DNA of 64,000 bases, from the NCBI GenBank assembly GCA_009103225.1, contig RHPI01000026.1:429210-493209 (forward strand), read 5' to 3'. This document shows, one piece after another, positions 24,703 through 35,681 of this stretch. The notes below the pieces were generated by a model. That model saw only the letters and a list, made by a program, of their open reading frames with translations, did not search any database and was not told the origin of the DNA. The position numbers and the translations under genes are program-made. The number at the start of each line of letters is the position of its first letter. Position 1 is the stretch's first letter. This DNA is from Chlorokybus atmophyticus (taxonomy: Eukaryota; Plantae; Mesostigma and Chlorokybus algae).

Positions 24703-27700
24703 CTACCGGTCTTCAAGCGCAGCCGCGTTTGCCTGAGCTTCCTTCGAACCTCCGTCCACCTCTCTGGGCTGCGAAGCCCAGTTCCATTTGCCGCTGGCTG
24801 GACGCCCGTCAAGAGTCCTGTCGTGGTCAACAGCCTCGCCATCGACGGAGTCATTGACCGCAGATGCGCTGGAGGGAGCGAGCTTCGACTGCAATGGGCT
24901 CTGCGCTGGCCTGAAACTCTCCAAATGAAGCGCGTCGAGCACTTTCGGCATCATCTTGCCGTACAACCCGTGCCCAGTAACCAGCTCAGAGCAGTCCACA
25001 TTCTCTACACCTGTGTTGCAATATGCAAACAGACAAGTGAGACAGTGCACACGCAAACAAGTTTGCCAGTTTGCCAGGTTGCCAGTGTACACCCCGAGAC
25101 AACTTCGTGCGATGTGATGTCATGTGGCAAACATAAATGGATCACCTGCGCAATGAACCTCTGAGATGCCTGCAACGTCTTTAACAAAGGCGGACGCCCG
25201 GAACACCAGAGCGAGTACCATATCTTTGGTGCTGTACCCATTGATCAGGCGGCCGGACACTGCTTTGCGCACAACTGACCATTTCTGCAGAAAAACAGAG
25301 ACTTGCGCGTTTGCGAGGCTGTAAGCTACTAGCAGAAGCTCACTTGTCAATAACAGGAGCTAACCCACCTTAGGGCTGTTGATAACAGGCGTGCCAAGCA
25401 GAACAGCTGTTTCTACGGTCGTGAAGTCTTTCCGCTTCGCTAACTCCTCCAGGCAGTGGAAGATAACCTGCATACACTAGCATCCATTATGAACAAGCAA
25501 GCCACCACCATGCCACTGTTTTAGCTTGGCACAGCCTGCCTTGCCTTTGCACCCAGCGAATAGCCTATCAGCGTGACAGGACGATTGCCATGTACTCTTT
25601 TGGACAACACATCTGCCAGGAACATGCCAGCTTTCTCGGCTCTGCGCAAGCACATCAATCAAGTACCAAGCACGCACGGTAGCAGCTGCTAGCATAGCAG
25701 CGAAACCATTGCACATGCCGCACCTGTCAAGTGCTATAGTCCACGGGCCATCCAGGAAGCTTGCGGCGCTGACCACTGCCGCCGGCAGCGCCAAGGCTAA
25801 AACTAGAGAAGCCAGCACTGTCTGCATGGCTCCTTGCTTGATAGCTGTCATCACTGCCTGCCAGCACAAACGTGGATTTGAGCTAAGCATACCTCGTGGT
25901 TTGATTGATGAATGCATCACGCATCCCACAACACCTGATCAGTGATCAAGTCCTTTATGGCTGTGCCGACACGCATTAGGTGCTCCGTTTCCCAAGCGAT
26001 TGCGTACCTGTGCACACAAGCCAACAGTTGTGCGCATGACTCAACAGCAAGAAACGCACGACACGAGATTAGAGCCTTGTGCAAGACCCAAGCGACATAA
26101 GCATCATTACAACATGAGTGGCACCTTTCAGCGTCCGCTGCGCCTGGACAGTTCTCCCAAGGAGTAATGAAGTCAGACTCTTCCAGCAGCCACCCTGTGA
26201 CAGTCATGACAACTGCCAGCCGACCCTGCAGGCAGCTTGCAACCATGAACCACAGCCGTCAACGACAATTGTAGAGAGATTGCAACCCGTTGGCTGCACA
26301 GCATACCGTGCCCGCAGTGTCTCCAATTGGCAGGAAGCGGAAGTCTTCAATGCCAGCAGTGCGCGTTGCCATCTTTGACCCAGTCAATCCCGCACCCGCA
26401 GCTGGCGAGCATGCATAAATATAAAGCACTTATTCTCTCGCAACAAACACACAAGTCTGATATGCCATTGCTTGAGTAGCACGAGGCGCACCTGATGCAA
26501 CAAACATGCATGCACGCATGCGGCCCCGCTCATGCACGGGCGCAGGCACGTGCACGTACACATGCACGCACATGCGTACAAGCACACGTGTATGTAAGTT
26601 GCACTAGTTTGTGCGTTCCTCACCACCAAACGCCCCTGCTACTGCTGCTGTTCCCACAGCAGTCCCTGCAGAAGCCGCAATGGCTGCAACGGATGTACCC
26701 GCTGTCAAACCCGCGACAGCTGTTGCCAGCGCCGGTGCAGCAAGCCCTGAGAGCAACACAGCATCAGCGCATGACTTTCAGCCCTGACAAGTTCATGTGA
26801 GCTTGCAATGCAGTACCTCCAGTGACAGCTAGAAGTGCTCCACCACCCACGGCAGCAAGGCCAATCTTCGTGTAACGCATCCAGGACTTAGACTGCGTCT
26901 TCACCAACTCGCGCTGCTGTTCAGCACCCTCGTCCAGCTGCAATGGTGGTGCAGCTGTTCATGTGCAGCTGGCATGCCAGTGCACGCCCCCACTACAAAC
27001 GTCTTACCGATGCTGCAGCTTCCACCGCAAGCAGCACTTCTAAGTTGGCCTGCGGAGTTGATGAGCCGACAGAGACAATGGCGACGGGCTCGCTATCATC
27101 GGGACTCTAGTGCTGAGTGGAGAGCAACATACCATAACAGGCCATTCCAGTTGTAGCCATTCTGTCACTTGCCGCAGCGCTGTGCGGACGCGTGCATCAT
27201 ACTTGCGCACGGGTTGACGCTCCTGTGAATGATAAGGGGTCAACATTGCATGCTGTTGCAAACACATGTACATGTTTGGTTGCTACTCTGTACCAGCTTC
27301 TTGTCTTTCATCTGCAGCGTTGCAATGCTGTCTGCAAGCGATGACACTTGACCTCTGTCACCTGCTGTGGCAGCATCCAGCAGCTCCCAAAGCACTGCGA
27401 CTTGCTTCTGCTTGTATGCATCTTTCTGTGGAATGAAGGGAGATGACACTTCATCATTTTGCTTGCTCTGTAGCTGATGGCAATTGGCGGTTGTTGGAGA
27501 ACTTGGACCCGATGCGTGTTGACAATGTGTACCCAGCTAGACTCGCTCAGCATCTTTACAAACATGTGGCCAGGAGCAATAGCACAACATATTGTTCGCC
27601 GCAGCGCCATTGCAACCAGCACACGCAAAACACTCACTTGTGTGGACGCCTCCAGGCTTCGCCCGCTGGTGCTCACGACAGCAGAGTTGTGTCCTTGAAT

Positions 27701-28596
27701 GAGCGAGCGCAAAAACTGCGTGCAACATGCACAAACAAAAATCATTCCAGTAGCATGTGTGGCAACCGGACACACACTCACATACGCATGCCGTCTGTTG
27801 CGGCCGTTTGTGCTGTGTCGTTAGTATCAGCACATGTACATACCGTTTCTATGTAATGCTTGGCTTCATTTGGTGGCGAGTTGGCTACCTCAACAAATCC
27901 TGGCCAGGACTTCGGCGGCAGCGACAGCCGACTGCATAATCATCAGCTGCACGAATTAGTCAACAGAATGTACACATACCTCGACTGTGTACACATGCAC
28001 ATAGACGTGTTTCAAAGTATACACGTACGGAGATTCTCTTCCACTTGCACAAGCAGACACAGGCACATGCAGGTATGCACGCATACACACACACGTAAAC
28101 CTTTAAACTCGCCCCCTCAAACACATACCGCAAGCACATGGATATGCACAAGTGCATGGCATGCCAGCAACAGGAACATGGGGATGGGAGACAGCCCTTC
28201 TACGAGCCGTTGTAACCATTCAAGCGCACAGTGTGCTGTGCAGGCGACAGGTTGCTCGCGTGGCAGCCATGCCAAGCTGGCAACTAGCTTGGCATGGCCA
28301 TAAGGCATGACAAGCACGCATGCAACGTTCCGTGTTGAGCAAGCTGTTCCAGTGCAGCATGCATGCACACTGGTGTCTTGCCTGAATATCTTCTGGCAGA
28401 CGTCATCCTGGAAGTCCGCCCACGGGTCCAGCTGCTGCAAGTCGCTGTTGCTACTGCTGTTGTTGTTGTCGCTGCTGCTGCCTTCCACCGTGCGCCGCCT
28501 GGCAGCTGCCCCGGCCAGGGCAAACAGCCCGGCGGCGGCGTACCTCTGAGAGTCATCCAGCTCTGGCGCCTGCTGCTGCTTGTCCCCCATGACCAT
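24703..28596 (-). CDS. TMCO4: TMCO4 / DUF726 family membrane lipase-like protein, multi-exon
   Basis: Exons give KYDARVRTALRQVTEWLQLEW, GRLAVVMTVTGWLLEESDFITPWE, QGAMQTVLASLVLALALPA, WTIALDR, VSGRLINGYSTKDMVLALVFRAS and LVTGHGLY. Confidence 0.85.
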
Positions 28597-28797
28597 CACC
28601 TCCTCCACCTTCACCTCCACCTCCGCCTCCGCCTCCGCCTCCGCCTCCGCCACCTGCCTTGCCAGCAATGTGCTTAAGCATACAGTAGTCAACTTTCTTC
28701 CTGTGGACAACCTCATGGATGGAGGCGTTTACGGCGACGGCGAGAGCTCTGTCCCGGTGGTGGGGGAGGCGGCGAGGAGGAGGGGGCTAGCAGCAGC

Positions 28798-31700
28798 ATG
28801 GCCTCTGGACAGCCGCCGCGCCAACCACCGGCGCTGGCAGGGGCGGCGACGACGACGCCGGCGACGGCACTGACAGCATTCGACACGTCCATAGCTCATC
28901 TAGGAGCAGCAGCTGCTGCGTCTCCTGCTGCTTCTTCCAACGCATCGCTAACTATGCCGTCTGCTTCTGAGATAGCCAACGACTGCCAGAGTAAGTTGAC
29001 AAAATCTTACAGCTTTCTACCTGGAGGGGTGCCTTTCTGTTTTTCACTTTACTTGCGATAGCAATGCCAGCAGAGTACATGCTGAGTTTGTAAGTAAGCC
29101 TGCCGTACGCATGCTTGTTGCAATGCGTTTTCTCACATGGCAGCTCCATGAATAAGCACACATGCAGGTGGCGTCACAAGCATGTGGTCTTGGTGTGGTA
29201 GCGCGTGCCGCCTATGCTTGTTCAGTTGTGTTGCTTGTGTGAAGCGATTTTGTTCAGCGCTTGAGTTGTTGCACTTTGCACAACGCAGCTTGATGTCAGC
29301 TACCAAGTGTGAAGCTATCAGCTGTCAACTGCTTTGTTCTTGGTTGCTCCTCATATTGGCAGTCGACGTTTATCCATTTGGTCCTCGACTAGCACCTGCT
29401 ATAGGCGTGTAGGTTGTTGTCCAAGTCGCCCTGTAACTGTGGTACAATATGTGGCAGGCCATAACATGGCAATGCACCGCAATTTGCAGCTTCTTGTTCA
29501 ACGCGATGCGCTGCTTGCACGACACCTGCGCCAGTCTGAAGAAGCCCGCAAGCAGCAGGCGGAGCAGCTGAGCGGCGATTTGGCACGGTCCGAAGTGCTG
29601 CGCAAACACGCGGAAGAGTGTTTGCAGGAAGCAACACGGCGGGAGTTTACCGCACAGCAACGCGTGCGAGCTCTTGAGCAGCAACTTGCTGAGGCGGAAT
29701 GGAAGCTTCAACATGCTGGCATGCAAGTAGAACTTGACAGCGCTTGTGAGAATGCTGTTGATGTGGACAACAGTGCCCAGCAGACTGGATTGGGTACAGA
29801 GAACGGGTCTGCGCCGCCGGCTGAGACTGAAAATGACACGCAGATGGCAAGGCAGGCCGTTCAGCAGTTGCTAGAGCTGTATGCAGTGCTGCAAAAGCTG
29901 ATCGATGGCTTCTGCGACGGCTTTTCGGCAACCATGGAAGCGCTTGCACAAGGTTGTGGGTGTGCGTCTCATGTCTTGGTGCCTTTGTCTGAATCGGTGG
30001 ATGACCAGCAGCATATGCGCAGAGTACCCAAAATTTAGCCCTGAGTACTGGCTGCCTGCAACTGACATGAAGTACATGCGGTGGCTGAGGGCGTTTCGTC
30101 TAGACTCACAACAGGTCTTGTGGTAAACGTCTGCAGCTGCATGCAGTAGACCGTTGGTGCTGCATGCTGTGTGGTTGTGCTCACAAAGCATGGTGCTGTT
30201 ATGCAGGCAAAAAGCAGGGGCAATAAAGCGCACACAACAGGTGGACAAGCACACTGTCAGCACTTGTCAGAAGGCAGAAACACCGAACAACACACGCATC
30301 CAGCAACTGCAGAAGCCTCCATGCAGGCCAAAAGCAGAGATGCGGCAGTGCAGACGATTCTGGACACGAACCAGCTAAGCAAGGCGCTCGTTCAGCTGCG
30401 AGTGCATTTGCGGGAGCAAGAGCAGTTGAAGCAGACGCAACCGCAAGTGCAGCAGCGGCTTGCGCAGCAACGGCAAGCTCTGCTGCTGCCAAAGCCACCT
30501 GGCGCGCCAGCAGCAGAGCCATCCCACGCACAGCCATCATCAGTCAGACCAACCATGCAACCTGCCAGCCCCCGTCCGATCCCAAACCAATCGCTGCTCA
30601 GGCAACATCAACTGGCCACTTCATCTTCACTGCAGCATAGGCCAGTGCAGCAAGCGTGCATGCAAACCTCACCACAACAGCAACGACAGCAGCAGCAGCA
30701 GCAGCAGCTGGCACTCAGCGTGTATCAACAATCTATGGTCGGCAGGCCAATTTCACCGCAAGCGCAGGCCAACAACAGGACAGCACAGCCCGCAGCCGCA
30801 AGCCGATTGAACCCGGCCAACCAGCTCCAATCCCCCCTCAACCAGATCCAATCCCAGCTCGCACACAATCAGTCTCCCCACTTGCAAAGCAACTCCAACG
30901 CCGCTTCGCTACAGCACTTGCATCCTCAGCGCAGAACCCACCCCTTCCACGTGGTCCCGCCCATTCCTGGAGCGGAACTGTCACACTCGCCGGCAGCTGA
31001 GCAACTACCTGTCGCACAACAACATGCGCAAGTTGGTCGAGTGCATACATCTGTCACAGCTCCACTTGCCGGCAACACGCGTCTAGAGTTCGGAGGCTCG
31101 TTGCAACCCACTGATGCACCACTCACCCACTACCAGCAGTACTGCAGTCTGCAGGACACGTATGCGCAGATGCAGATGCAGAGGCTCTCCACTGACATCC
31201 TACCCACAACGCAACCTCTCTCGCACCAGCAGCAGCAGCAGCAGCAGCAGCCTCCCGTGCAGCTTCCGACAACCCCCCTTGCCGCAAGCAACGCACATGC
31301 ACAATCTCAAGCACTTCACAACAGTCCTCTGGTCAGCACCGCTCCTCAATCGCCAGCGGAGGTTGCCGACGCTATCGCATTGGCCGAGTGTCTACAGCAA
31401 GATGGTACCCATGCGCCCTCCGTGATTCTGGACACTGAACTCGAAGACGGGGAGATCGGCAAGCAGCATTCTTGTGAGCCCCCTGTGCCGGCTACAGAAG
31501 GAAGACAGCCTGAGCCTGTACTTGCAGAAGTCGCTGAAATTAGCAGTCGTGTAAGAACAGCACTGCACATGCACAACTTTCAAGCGCTGCAGTTGGCAGT
31601 TGCAACAAGTGGTTCCATCATGCAAACCAACAGATGTTGCTCTGTTGAATTGCATGGTGAGGTAAAGACAGCATGCAGCTGTCTGTCTAATTACGTTGCT

Positions 31701-31938
31701 CCCATTGTTGTGACAGGCCAACCAGGAAGAGTTAGCGGCCGCCGTGCATGTCAAGCAGGAGTATCAAAGTGAGAGTGCAGTGGAGGGTCGCGAGGTGGCA
31801 GAAACCAAGGCCAAGATGAAGAACCCCACCAATAACGGATGCAAAGACGTCGTCTCCTTGTCGTCATCAAGCGACTCTGAGGGTAGCGACGGGCTTGACT
31901 CATCCGCCTCCGCACGCAAGAGGCCTCGCGCCTGGTGA
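28798..31938 (+). CDS. Hypothetical protein with coiled coil, Q/P-rich low-complexity region, EDGEI motif and C-terminal RKRPR basic motif
   Basis: Phase-consistent exon chain from ATG 28798 (donor after 28991) through the coiled-coil exon (about 29.46-29.95 kb), EYPKFSPEYW exon and Q-rich exon (30.2-31.55 kb) to TGA at 31938; no family recognised. Confidence 0.65.
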
Positions 31939-32517
31939 AGCTCACACCCACGCGCAGGCACCCGCCCACCCACCCACCCACATGCATGCACACTCGGATT
32001 GTGTGCGCTTCAGGCTGTTCTGTGCAGCTGTGCTGCTCTCAGCCAGTTCTACGCCAGGCTACAAGTGTACTCAGCTGAGTTTGCGTCAGACATGCGGCGA
32101 TGATCAGAGCGCGTACCAATATATGTGACATGATACATGTAAGATTAAACCTTAGGCATGTATGATATAGTGCATGCAATATATACAACATACTCAAGAG
32201 TTATATGTGAGAATGTCATATCGGAAATGAGCAAGTGCTACTGGCACTACATACATTCTTGTTGCGTCGCTTGACGCACCAGCAATAGAGGAAAACATGC
32301 TTCTACAACACCTTTGTACATGCTGCATGCATTCCTTGACCTCATGTGGAGCGCATCAATGCATAACAGTTTACAGTGTTATCGTTCCGTGCATGCTGCT
32401 TACCAGCATCGAGTTTCCAATCCAAGCAACGCAGCAGCACTGCTACAACCGGTGACTACCATTGTTAACGGGTGTTGTACAGATAATATGAATTCGAATT
32501 ATGTATGCGTACTTGTA

Positions 32518-32594
32518 TGTCTAACAGGGTGGTGATGTTAGTAGTAGTGGTAGTGAAGATAGAAAAGGTCAGCCCGGTGGTCAACTTCTGAATG
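32518..32594 (+). repeat. Short fragment of the Penelope-like terminal motif
   Basis: TGTCTAACAGGGT...AGCCCGGTGGTCAAC matches the reverse complement of pLTR 9185-9233 (TGTCTAACGGGGT...AGCCCGGTGGTTAAC). Confidence 0.6.
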
Positions 32595-32819
32595 ACAGTG
32601 ACTGCCCGCATGCTGTATGCTGCTCACACTTCTTTGCAGATACAACACAAACCAGCTCAGACGCTCACGCGGAGCCCATAACGATGAAGACGACGTGAAC
32701 ACAACACTGCCTTTGGCACGCCAAAGTTGCACGTGTCCCATCGGCAGGCGCGGGTGCCAAGCCAGCGTCATCGGCGGCGGCGGCGGCGGGAGGGAGAAGC
32801 GGCGGAGTTGGGGTGATGA

Positions 32820-34564
32820 ATGGTAGGGTGGGCATGGGTTGGTGAGCGGGCGCGTGAGGTGGGGCTCTTCGTCGGGGCTGGCCTGCTCGAGATCGGAGGC
32901 GGGTACGCCATCTGGCAGGTGAGGGTCAGGGTGGGTGNAGGCATACACATGTGTACGTGTGCGTGGCGAGGGTGTACACTTGCGCACGTGCGCGTGCGTG
33001 TGCGCACGCGCGCGCGTTTGTGTGCTCGTTTGTGTGTGCACGTGCGTGCGGGAGGGCGTGGCATGTGCATTGGGGGGGGTGCACGCACGTCTGTGTGCGC
33101 GTGCTAGCGTGGGTGTTTGTGTGTGTGTTGGGGGGGTGGGGTGGGGTGGGGTTGCTCTGCATGTACAGAGAGACATGCTAGCACATGTCAAAGCCCAGCA
33201 CACTCAAACGCGCGCAGCTACACGCACACACTCATGCATGCATGCATGCGCCAACATGTTCAAACACACGCACACGAACACCTGCATACGTACTCAAGAC
33301 GCGTACGTGTGTTTTTTGCGTGCGTTGTGATTGATGATGCACTTATGAAGCTGGCGATGGCGCAGCGCTATTGTGGATCGTATCACAAAAGGATATACAC
33401 ATGCGAGCATCATGCACCATGCACACACACAGTTGCTGTTGGCTGCATGTTTCACGACTTCGGCAATAGGAGCGTCATTGTGCTACTGAAATTGAATGAA
33501 ATAGCTGCCTGCCTGCTTCCCTGCAGGCCACACATAGTAGGGCTTGTGACCACGCTCACGCGCGCGCTTGCGCGTCGTATTCATATCCCTGATTTCGCCA
33601 TATAGGTGCCTTGTTTGCGCACACGCCTCTCAGTGGGTGCAATATCAACAACGTTGCTTGGACACTGTCACCCATGACTACTGGTAAGCACGTGCAACAC
33701 CACACCACTTGACATTTATGTGAACGCAACCAGTGGTGAGTACATCAATCTGGTTCAGCAAACACGTGACCAAAGCAACACATGAGTGACACGCACGCAC
33801 GCACGCACGGTCTTGTTGTACAGCTACCAACAAAAGCTTCACGCAGGTCGTGCGCGAGGGCGCGCGCTGGTGGTGGGCTGTGTTGGGTGCGGCGGCGCTT
33901 GTGGGTTACGGCTTCGTGCCGACGCTGCAGCACATCGACTTCGCACGCGCGTACGCCGTGTACGGGGGCTACTTCATTGTGCTGGCGCTCCTGTGGGGAT
34001 GGGCCTTCCAACATCAAAGGCAAGACACAACACGCAAGCGCATGGGCAGGCACATGCACGCACATGCATACACACGCGCATGCGCGCGCAGACACGTGCA
34101 CAGACACACAAGTGCACGTATGGACACGTACCCATACACCCACACACGCAAAACGTGCACACGGACGCACATACACCGCCGCACCTGTGCGCACCCCAGT
34201 CCCAGGAACGCATGCGTACCCACCCACTGACATGCGCAAGTGCACACGCACACCCAAACGCACACGCGCACACGCAGATGTGTGCGCGTGCCACACAAAC
34301 GTACCAACACACATGTGTACACGGACACACGTGTATGCATGTTTATCCCTTGCTGCCATGTTATCTACAGCAGCCATAGCAAACTCACTATACCATAACA
34401 GGCCTGATGTCGGGGACGTGGTGGGTTCGGTGATAGCGCTGGCGGGCGTGTGCGTGGTGCTCTACTGGCCAGGGAGGCACGGCGATGAGCAGGCGACAGC
34501 AGACACGCTGTCGCCGAGTCAACAGGGGCCTACATTCGCACCTGCACTGGCCCCAACACCCTGA
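32820..34564 (+). CDS. ynfA: YnfA/UPF0060 family small multidrug-resistance-like membrane protein, 3 exons (32820-32918, 33847-34019, 34402-34564)
   Basis: Spliced product GLFVGAGLLEIGGGYAIWQ|VVREG...FARAYAVYGGYFIVLALLWGW..R|PDVGDVVGSVIALAGVCVVLYWP matches UPF0060 signatures (EIGGGY, RxYAxYGGxFI, PD..D..G). Confidence 0.9.
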
Positions 34565-35681
34565 CTCACTTTCGGCATCCAGGTGCTGGGTGCCAACTGC
34601 GTATTCAGCTCGTATGGCCAGTTGCCGTGTTATTGTAACATACAGTTAACATACATTATGTACTTACTGCGGTATTTGCAAGGGAAACAATGTACACATC
34701 AGCAACACTGATACAATGTATATATAGGGCGAGCCCTTGCTCGCTGAGATTATGCTCACAAGCTTTATATCAGGTACTGTATATAAGGAGTATGGTACGG
34801 TGTGTGTTGTGTAATGCCAGGTAAAGAAGGCGATCCCATAATGTTACTTCCGTGCCAGTTGTGAGATATGCCTTCACTTTCAGCCGCTAGTGCTGCTTGC
34901 TTGCTTATATCATTGATGCATGTGCACTCCATGCTGCAAAGGCATCTAAGACAGTTCGGAGTGAACTCCCAATGCACAGTCTGATACTGTGCATGTGAGG
35001 GCTGGACTACAAGCGGGTATTGCTGCTAGCACCATCGTTGGTTGCATTGACAAATGGCCAGGTGCCAACGCACACTACATATTGTAACTTAAGAACACAT
35101 TGATGTTTTGGGCCATGTTGCATGCGTCTGCTGTATCACTGGTCCTGGTCGCTCACTTCGCGCACAAGTGCGCGATACCTAAGCGCGATGCATTTGGTGC
35201 ATGTCAACTGCATGCATAACGATGCGCGTCATTGGTTGTAACAACCAAACCAAAGGTGTTACAATCTTAACAATGCAATCTTAACAGTACACGCACCCAA
35301 CATCCTCTGGCCAAGCCTTTTCTTTTTGATTACAGCAAGGCTTCTGCTTTAAAAACAGTAAATCCAGCCACAGGTGTCTTCAAAAGCTGACTGATAAATG
35401 CATAGTGCATGTGGCCGCACCACTCCACTAAACCAAATAAGAAACCTCCTGCAACCGCCTCAACACGCAGACACCAAAACCAGCTCTAGCAGTGTATGTG
35501 CGTGTATGGTTTAATGATGTGCCGTCCCCATAATACACGCGTGTGGCAGTGTGAGTGGAGAAGTGCCTGAGGTGTCTGAGTGATGATGTGTGTGGCAGCG
35601 TGCGCGTGTAGGTGTGGTGTGTGGCAGTGAGCAACTGCCGCTGTGATGTACCCATGTACACTGCAAAGTGGTGCATCCTTT

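Noticed and set aside
32538-34377. Many long H/T/R- or C/V-rich ORFs (also 40698-41473, 53524-54261)
   Set aside because: Artefacts of stop-free CA/TG/CG simple repeats in introns
34729-34744. Perfect hairpin GCGAGC-CCTT-GCTCGC as a Helitron 3' end
   Set aside because: No CTRR terminus at the expected distance on either strand
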